The notes under the pieces: model-generated
The model's input: the letters and a program-made list of their open reading frames with translations, nothing else
Told to the model about the DNA's origin: nothing
Database searches by the model: none
In this document: positions 55,343 through 64,000 of the stretch, in pieces
Layout: every line of letters begins with the position of its first letter
Position numbering within the stretch: the stretch's first letter is position 1
Made by a program: the position numbers and the translations under genes
DNA from: Klebsormidium nitens
Taxonomy: Eukaryota; Plantae; Klebsormidiophyceae
DNA: 64,000 nucleotides
Assembly: GCA_000708835.1 (NCBI GenBank)
Contig: DF237038.1
Location: forward strand, 144,901 to 208,900
Reading direction: 5' to 3'

Positions 55343-55849
55343 TGTTTCCAGCCACTCAAGGACTATAAGAAGCCCCACAAACTACAGACTTCATAGGATT
55401 CTGATGTGCGATGCGTGAGAAGGGTTGAAAGAGCTCGTCAATATAAAGTTCCACCACCAGTGGCAACAGCAGAGCTCTTGAGTTGGCGGAAGAGAAGCCT
55501 CATATGCAGAAGGGCAGTAGACTGTGGCAGAAAATCGAATTAAAACTCTGCATGGGAAAGTGGCGCTTATCACACTTAGGACTATCATACGCCGTCGATT
55601 TTGCAGATCTACGGCAGTTGGCATGCCAACCAGTCCGCGGTGACGAACCACGCTTCTTGGATTATCTCAAATTGATTTGTGCAATTTCCTAGTCCCAAGA
55701 CTCCCAACTTCGCAGTTCTCTTGGAATTGTCAGAGTCTCTCCCTGCTCCACTTCAAATTTCCCTGTGCCTTCTGCCGCTGGGGAAGAGCCGCATCTTCAG
55801 CTGAGGTCTTGCAAGTTTTCGGGGGGCTGAGACGGGTGATTCTCAGAAT

Positions 55850-58800
55850 ATGGCTCTCTCGCAGTGGTCCTCAAGTGCATCTGCGCACTCCTCAGCATTG
55901 CTCCAGCTGAGGACAAGGTCGCACGCGGAGGCGAGCTGCTCGATGGTGGCGGCGACGAGAAGCTGCAGTTGTCCCGTTCTCTCTTCTAGACTTTCTGGAA
56001 CAACTGTTCCGTCCAGACAGGAAGGGGTGTTCCAAAAGCTGCCATGTAGATCAAGCAATTCGAACACTCTTTTACACACCAGCTTCCTTGGCGAAAAAAT
56101 AATCTCAACAAGACAAAACGCCTGCAGCAGCATTGATACAAATCAGCCGCTTCGTCGAAATCATTCCCCGTCAAGAGGGTATTCACACCACTCCAAGATC
56201 TCCGCCTCAGCTTCTACCACCCTCCCCACAATCTCTCTCCGCAATTACAGCCCCGAGCCCTTTGTGCGCATCAGCGAGTGCCTCGTCCTTTCTCCCACGG
56301 CGGCCAACCCCAGAACCCAGAACCCCAAACCCCGTGGCATCATTGCATTCTTTGGCGGGGCATTCGTCGGCGCGGTGCCAGATTTCACATACAGGTCAGG
56401 TTACTGATTAGCGTTGCTTTCAGTTTACTCGTAAGTCGTGATGCTGGAATCTGCTCCACTTTTGCCAAGCGTGTCACTTCCATGTTTAATCAGCCTGGAT
56501 CTTGTCAAGTTACATTGTGGGTGGTTGGAGCTGACTTCAGTGGTCTTTGCTTTTCTCTGTTGGCCTTTATGTTCTGCTAGGAGCTGGCACCGTTCATCTG
56601 GCATGGCTAGTCTCCGTTCACATGCTCTACCGTGAAGAACGTGCTTTTGGAGATTGGCCAAGCCCCCTTGGATGAGGTATCTTCAGAAAAATAGTTATCA
56701 ACTGCCCCACATGTCCTGACTACAGGATATCCCGTTTCAATCAAGCCCGGTTTTCTTGCAGGTTTCTGCTAACCCAGCTGGCAGCTGCGGGTTATCTGGT
56801 AGTCGCGGTGCCCTACCAGCTAACCTTTGACCATAAGCAGGCAGCCGAGATTGTAGAGCGCAAGTTCCAGAATTGTCTGGAGACGTTGTACGTGCAAGGG
56901 GGCCTGGGACTTGCGGGAGTACCGGGGTCGACGGGGTCAGAGTTGAAGGAACTGCCGTTGTTTGGCATGGGCCACAGGTACGTTCACTTTTCCATTCATA
57001 CTTCGTGGTTTCCTTTTTGCTTCTTGGTTTCAAGTTTCATTTGTTGGTTACTAAGACTGAGCAACATTGCGGTGGTGATTTTTCAACCACGGTTTCAGAT
57101 TGATAACCGTGACTTGATACGAATTCTCTTCATCGTGTCCATTGTCATAGTTGAAGTTAACCATGGACGTGCAGGACCTGTCTGAGAACTTTACCCATCA
57201 TGGTCATACCTTATCATTGGATTCTTCTTTTGACCCCTTCCGTACGTTTCATTTGAGGCCTGAAGCTGAAGCTCATCTCCTGCAGCAATGGAGCTCTGCT
57301 CCACATGCTGACCAACAGTTTATATGCGGAAGGGGTCCGTCCAAAAGCAAACGTCATCATGTCATTCAACAACAAGCCCGCGAGCGAGGCTGTGCCCTAC
57401 TTCGACCAGGTAGGGAGATGAGTTCACGACATTTGCCATGGCCAGATTGGAACATGAATATGTCATGAGTTACTCTACCTGAGTTTGTGTTACCCACTGG
57501 ATTAAACGAAAAGTAGAGCGGTATGAAGTCGCACAGTCAACGCGGGGAATTTCTTGCCTCCTTTTTGTGGACGCTTGTTAATCCGTCCTTCCTGGACGAC
57601 ATCGGACCTTGTACCAACGCAATCAAGTGTTGTCTTTTCCTCGCTTCTCTCTAGCAACTGATTGTCGTCGTATTCTCACTTCTTGAGCGAACGGTTTCAT
57701 GTTTCTGTAGTGATCTGTCCGTCCCTTTGTATGGTCAGTTTCGGACAAACGGAACCATCTCACTCCCATCTGGGTGCCAAGACTGCAAAGCTGTGCGTCG
57801 CTCACAACATGTGCATAACGAGATTATTCAGTCCGCAAATTGATGTGTATTACGACGATTTTTGACGAACCATAAGTTCTCACCTAAACTCTAAACCCCG
57901 AAACCCCCCAGGTCGGTCCCGCCGTCGCCCAGTTGGCGCCGGTCCTCCGGGGATCCCCCTTCCAGGGCCTCGCAGAGGCTTTCGCCTCTGAAGCCACCCG
58001 GTTTGCGGCCTCGACCGACCTCCCAATTCCGGGGCTCCCTCGGGAGAACCTCGGTCCACTCCTCGAAATCGCGCAGCAGATCGCGCCCGTGATTGGGCAG
58101 ATTACCGACGGGGTCTCGGAATTTCGGCCGACGCCGAACGAGACGCGGGCGATTGCGGCGGGTGGTTACTATGTGCCGTCTACCCTGCTGGTGAGTGGAT
58201 CATGCGGGTTGTGGGCCTTTTTAAGTTGGGCTAAGCTAGGTTATTTGAGCTGGTAATGTATGTAAATAAGTGGACAACTACGGGCGGCTGCTCGCAATCT
58301 GTCTGAGGCCGCCAGAGGTTCGCGGGGTCATGGCGAGCGGTTAGTCTGTGCCGTCCACTCTGAATGTAAGCCTGAGAATCAGGTATGCAGTGGTGCTGCA
58401 CATATGTGCTTTTCCGGGCACTCGTAAGCCGCTTTCGCACGGAACTGAAAGCGGCAGTGATTAATTGCCGTCTCGGCTGCTAGTGATTTTCCATTTGGTG
58501 CTGTGCTGGCGGAGGGCGTTGTTGGTCTTTGAATTGGCGCTCTTAGAGAGGGTGTCGAGTCTCAGCACTGCGCATGGCCATCTTTCGTCTTTGGAACAGG
58601 GCCTCGAGAACAACGTTGGATGGAGCACTCTGTGCCATGTCATTGCTGGTCTTACTCGTCGACTGATTGATCTCGAGACTTGACTCTTTTCCGCGCTTGA
58701 TAAATCAGAGGTGTCCGCCGAGCTCTTGAATTGTTGTCCTCAGGGCGGTCTTTCCGACTGCCTGCTTTTTGCGAAGTGCAGATAAAGTTTACGGACGATG

Positions 58801-59791
58801 GGATAGACGAGACCGAGACCCTGGCCGCCGCGATTCGGACGGGGGTCCAAAGCCGGGGGGGCGCTCTGCGGATCCAGGACTTGACGGGGAACCACGTGAC
58901 CCCCCTGATCCAAGTAAGCGCCGTTTTCCGGACGAGGCTTTGCCCTAATCCGCTCTTCTTAGTGTTGAGCAACGAGGTGCAACCTGTCACCGGTTCTGGA
59001 CTCACCCGACTCTTCGACCGCAGATCTAGTCTCCTCTGAGAAACTGGGCATTCTCTCCCGCTTGCTTCAAGCATGCGTTCTGTTCTGGGTTTTATTTGCT
59101 CGTTTTCCTTCTTCTTGGCTCGTGTTTCTGCCGCTTCTGAAAGAACAGAGGGCCATGTCAGGGGAGGTTTGCCAAATCGGCCTCGACGACCAGTATCTTC
59201 GTCAGAATCTCGCATGCCTGTTCACTTTCAAGATTTTGCAAGTGGTCCTTGAAGCCCGACTTTGGTGGGGGCTGCGATAGCGGTACCAAAATGCGGCTTC
59301 AAAAGATGTTATTTTGGAACCGAATGAGTTTTGGAGTCAGGCCCGTTTGTGAGTTGTTGTCTACTATCCAGCAGTTGTAGCTGACTTTGGTGCGTCAGGG
59401 CTCCGTACCGCTCAGCACAACGCCCACCTCTTGCAAACATCTTTTGCTACTGTATGCTGTCAAACTTTGGGTTGCCTCGTTGTGTGGTACGGTCAGAGCG
59501 TTTCCGGCCCGTCACAAGTTAATTCGGTTTGCAAGTCGAGGAGGCTACTTGTACTGATCACAGAGACGTCTCTGACTTTGGCCCGCCGCTCGTCTCTGGC
59601 CGTATGAACGCGTTCCGTAGTGATTAAGTAACGGGTTTGTCGTGACACTCACTTTGCAGGAAGTGAAGTGGGAGATCGGAAATGTGTACACTCCTCTCGA
59701 TGCGGTTAGGCAGACGGTGCAGACTGCGGCGTTGGCTGATACCCGGCGGTTAGTGTCGGCTATTGTGTCCTTTCTCGACAGCAATATTTAG
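55850..59791 (+). CDS. DUF1350 alpha/beta-hydrolase-fold protein with plastid transit peptide; exons 55850-56394, 56762-56977, 57286-57409, 57912-58190, 58782-58913, 59660-59791 (475 aa)
   Basis: Motifs: GIIAFFGGAFVGAVPDFTYR, VAVPYQLTFDH, GMGHSNG (nucleophile elbow), SFNNKPA, KFTDDGIDET, GNHVTP. Ser/Arg-rich N-terminus, and phases are consistent. Confidence 0.88.
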
Positions 59792-61407
59792 ATCTCAACC
59801 AAGTTTTCCTTCACGATTCCATTTCGCATCCGTCACATCCATCTCCCATGTGCTCGCGAATAGGGATTATGGCCATCGGTTGGAATCTACGGATGCAACG
59901 GGGGCGGCCGCCGTCGCACGATTATGCATTCCCTCAAGACTGTCTCATTGTGCTTCGCTGAATGCTTGCATTAGTACACGTGCATTTGTCGCAAGCTTGG
60001 AGGGAGTGACCTGGGAGTGCCCGTAAGACTAAGACCGGTGCGCCTTACTTTGGGTACTTCTGATTCCAGCTAGACGGGCAAACCCGACTTTCAATCCTGA
60101 ACCATTGATCAGTCAGCGGCCGCACACGTGCGGATGTATAACATGCGTCGTGCGTGGCTCGTCTCCCAATGGTACTTTAAACACAATTTTGGAGGACGAT
60201 CGATGCACTTGAGTAGCTCCAGAATGGAGTCAAGCAAAGAGTTAGAAGTTGAAATTCGGGTTTGCCCGTCTGAAAAATGATAGGGCGCACAAGTCTTAGC
60301 TGATTGTTGTCCTAGCATGAGCTTGTTGCTCGCTATCAGGTATATTGACGGCTTAGGGTTAACTAGAGTTCCTTAAGCGCGGCCCGATCAATTTATGCAT
60401 GTCGAGACCACTGCAAGCCACATGACTGCATGTGAGGGGCGCATCGCGGTGCTGTTCTCTCACAAGAATAGCGCAGCATTGGAGCTTTGAGCATGGACGG
60501 ATGAAGCCTCTCAGTGATCGAAGCGAGATTTGGGCAATGCATGTCCTTCTCGGACGTGACTGCCAGCCAGTTTCTAAGAAAGTATGGTGTGAATAAGTCA
60601 CCTCCGCCATGTGGGATGCTAAGTTCAGTTTTCGAGCCTTGATATTATGGATTCTCTGGTGAGACGGACGGCTACGATGCTGGGCACAGCACAAAGTTCG
60701 CGCAAGCTTGCTGCTTAGCTGGCGCGAGGGATCCACCGTGTGTGAGCACTGAGATTCAGGAACGAATCGAAGCTTCTTCAAGAATCGATACGTCAGGAGC
60801 GTTCGTCACGCTGAAATAGTTTCGACGACGATGTTCAAAGACGAGGCCAGAATGCCCCTGCCGACTGGCTCTGAGTCTGAGCTTGAGAGCAGCCTGGGCC
60901 CAGGGGAAGGGGAGGCAACAAACTTTTACAATTCGGCTTCAGGTTGCAACCCCAGGGCCAAAGCGTTTCCTCCTCCAACAATTCTCATGCCATTTTCATG
61001 GCCCTGGGACTCACAGTACGTTGATAGCTCGCTTATTGTAACGGCGTAAGTTGGCGCAACTGTCGGGTTCGACGTTGTCATGGGTCAGCACCAGTTCACC
61101 AACTAGACCAGCACATTGTACAAGGGTTTCTCCATCTTACCTGCCTCCTTGAACGGCGATCTCACATTCGCTTCTCTTCTGCGTTGCTTCTTTGGAGAGG
61201 TTTGAAGTTGTAGGCCCCTCCCAAAATTCCCTTTCTGCGAGACTCCTGACGACCACATTTAAAGGACACCCATTTTGGGTCGCTGTAGGAGTGTAGAGCG
61301 GAAAGACAAAGCCTTAATTGAACACAATCTGGTTGCAGTAGAATGTAGAGAAAAGATTTCTGCAAAGGAACGTAAAGAGAAGGCAGTTTGTCACTGATGG
61401 TCGGGCG

Positions 61408-64000
61408 ATGGAGTCAAGTGCGGAGAACGCAACAGCCGTCCGTCTGATTGCCGCCGCCGCAGCCTCGAGTGTTGCAACCGCTCTGGCTTGTTGGTTAAGT
61501 GGTCCCCTTGTGCAGATGCCAGGAAACTTCAGCATGACGCTCCTTCAAGGTGTGACTCACAACTTGTCTCTTCCCTTTCATGAGAAAGACAGTACTGCTG
61601 TGCCTGAATCGGAAGAGTCTATATACAATTGGCATTAGGTGTGGCATTATTTTTAACAGAGCTTGAAGGATTCAGAGGCTTTTCTGGTTCTGAGCAATTG
61701 AGAATGGGCCACCACAGAGGGTTGCAAACAATTCTGAAAGGAGAATTGCTCAGTGGCTGTAGTAGATTACTGTTGTGGAAGCCTTATAGCCTCCTTACTG
61801 CTCTTCTTGGCATCGATGTTATATTTTACCCAGGACAGAAAGTGTAACCTTGTTCACTTTTCTGAAGTGTTCTAAATTGACAAGAAACGAAATGCTTTTT
61901 TCAATGTCCGAAGAATGAAAAGAATCAATGAAATGAGTAAGCAATCAGCTGTCTCTCTGAATTGCTTTTCCCCAGGATATCAGTTTTTGATCGGTTATTC
62001 AGTATCATCTAGGTCGTAGCAGTGGGAAATGTACCAATGGGGCAAAAAGCCGATTGCAAAGCTGTAGCTTGTCATTAGAAAAGAAAGAAGCACACAAAAT
62101 CACTTTAGTCAACAGTTCAACACATCCCGCAGGTCGGAAGGCCGTTCGCCCTCCCTCTGACGTGGTTGACCCGTTCTGGGCCCTGATCAGAAATGAAGCT
62201 CAGCAGATCATTGCTGACACGAGCGGCGGCAGCGCCGAGAGCGCGCTGATGTCAGACTACGTCAGCGAGTCCATCGTGAAGTGGGCCACCATCGAGGAAG
62301 CCCTGGCCAATCACCTGGCGGAGAAACTAGGCACGGCGGTTTTGTCTGCGGCCAAGTGGCGGCCTGTGCTGACGCGAGCGCTGGCGGAGGGGAAGCACGC
62401 AAGCGGCCTGACACTGGGGGAGGTGGTGCAAAAGGATCTAGAGACGATTCGGGTGAGGAACCTGACGTCACGGCACACCAGAAGTAGCGGACATTGAGCA
62501 TTCAGGAAATTGCCCAGGCTGCAATCATATTCAATATCGGTGGGAGAACTCTTCCCTTTGGAGGAGAGGTTGGAAATCGTCTTGCAGAGGTCAACTGGGT
62601 CCTTTTGCCAGGAAAGTCTTTGTCTTTGGGGAAGGGGCACCCAGGCTCAGGCTTGAGCCTCCCCTCCCCTCGCAAGTTAGCAAGAGCTTGTAGTGCGTTT
62701 GGTTGGATGTTTAGTTTTGCAGTGGATACTTTGCGTGGGAATAGATCTGACGAATGCCTATAAAATCGCCCAATATTCACTTGTGCAGCAGCCCATGCTT
62801 TGAGATTTCTTGACATGTTTACTGTGCCAGTTGAGGGGGAACCTAGAAAATGAATCGGCTCTCCAGTCGAAGTACTCACACTCTTAGAGCATCAAAGCTA
62901 AGCATCAAAGCTAAGACGAAATCAAACCTTCTTCGCCCAAGGCAATACTTACATTGGAAGATTGGAGTCTGCAGATAGATCGTTGGCCCTTCTCCGACAT
63001 TTCACAAGAGTTCTTGTTGAGAGGTGGCATGCTTCTTACTGCCCCCAAGAATAGAGATAGTGCGCAGCTATGAAACCATTATCCGCTGAAAGTTCATGTA
63101 ATATCTTCCCCCCCCCCTTTAGGTTCGTCTCTATGTGCCCCAGCTTCGAGGCGGCCTTTTCTCCACCTTAAGGAGTTCGTTCCTTGGTTCAGCACTGGTT
63201 CTGCACGGTGCCAAGCTAAATCCTAAACCTTAAAAATCCACTGATCTCAGAAACTTATGCTCCAGGACCGTGACTGTGCCTCCCCCGCTTCGAGCTCGCC
63301 TGTGTCCATTCTATGGAGTAATCTCGGGGTCTGCAACGTGCCACCTAATGAATATCAGAACGTATAAAACCACCGAGTCCCGAGATTTTCTTTAGGATCA
63401 GGACCCTGCCTGCCCCAGCTCTGTGCGCGCGTTCTTCCACTTCAAGGAGTTTGATATGGATTTGTGAGGTGTCGGGCTAACTTCCAAAACCACTGGAATC
63501 TTCAACTTTCGCTTCAGGACCGCGATCCCGCCTGCCCCAGCTTTGCGCATGCCTTCTTTTCTGGTCAGCAAGGTGCCTGGCTAAACTCCAGAACTCTTAG
63601 AATCACTGACATCAGAGACTCTTGCTTCCAGGACTGCGACCCTGCCTGCTCCAGCTTTGGCCCCACTTCGAGGAGTCCATTTTCGCATCTACACGGCGCC
63701 AGGCTAAATCCTTACTTTCAGAAGCACTGTATTTAGAGAAGTCTAGAATGCTGAAGAGGTTTGAAAGTACTGAGTTTAGTATTTTACGTTCCAGGACCGC
63801 CACCCCGCCTGCCCCAGGGCTTTGCGCATGCGTTCCTCCACCTCACCTGCATCCCCAGACTGCAAGGTGCCGGGCCAAATTCCAAACTTTTTGAAATCGA
63901 TCAACTTCATCAGCTTTTGGCTCAAGGACCGCGACCCCGCCTGCCCCAGCTCTGCGCACGCGTTCCTCCACTTCAAGGAGTTCATTTTCGCGTCTACACG
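61408..64000 (+). CDS. SERAT: Serine O-acetyltransferase, 5' part; exons 61408-61549 (tentative), 62133-62452; the next functional exon probably lies beyond the window
   Basis: SATase N-domain DPFWALIRNEAQ...IEEALANHLAEKL...VVQKDLETIR, followed by intronic copies encoding DRDPACPSFAHAFLHFK (SAT motif RDPAC). An upstream ORF at 60831-61049 ends on a GTAAG donor and may be a uORF or an alternative first exon. Confidence 0.82.
63115..64000 (+). repeat. Array of at least 7 decayed copies (115-165 bp) of acceptor plus start of the SAT DRDPAC exon
   Basis: AG|GACCGCGACCCCGCCTGCCCCAGC-like units with AG ending at about 63122, 63265, 63401, 63517, 63631, 63794 and 63926. Confidence 0.9.

Overview
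Eukaryotic, intron-rich nuclear DNA with GT-AG introns. The streptophyte-type proteins (S1FA, TOM9, MNS3, DUF1350) and the intron style suggest a charophyte alga such as Klebsormidium; this is inference. I rebuilt exon chains by hand and checked splice phases. Genes in order: rsmH/mraW (3' part), a type II membrane FkbM-family methyltransferase, GH47 mannosidase MNS3, an hnRNP F/H-like two-qRRM protein, RPN11, TOM9, gamma-glutamyl hydrolase, a PARP14/15-like ADP-ribosyltransferase, S1FA, an LRR multi-pass membrane protein, NDOR1/ATR3, a DUF1350 hydrolase and serine acetyltransferase (5' part). Two non-autonomous TIR elements are present. Three observations stand out. (1) In five unrelated genes, introns carry decayed tandem copies of the adjacent exon-intron junction, several with intact splice sites. 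(2) A secreted-LRR ectodomain is fused to about 6 TM helices with no kinase. (3) An animal clade-3-like mono-ADP-ribosyltransferase carries an N-terminal membrane anchor and a KH-like domain. No tRNA, rRNA or CRISPR array was recognised. All family assignments come from motif recognition, not database searches.
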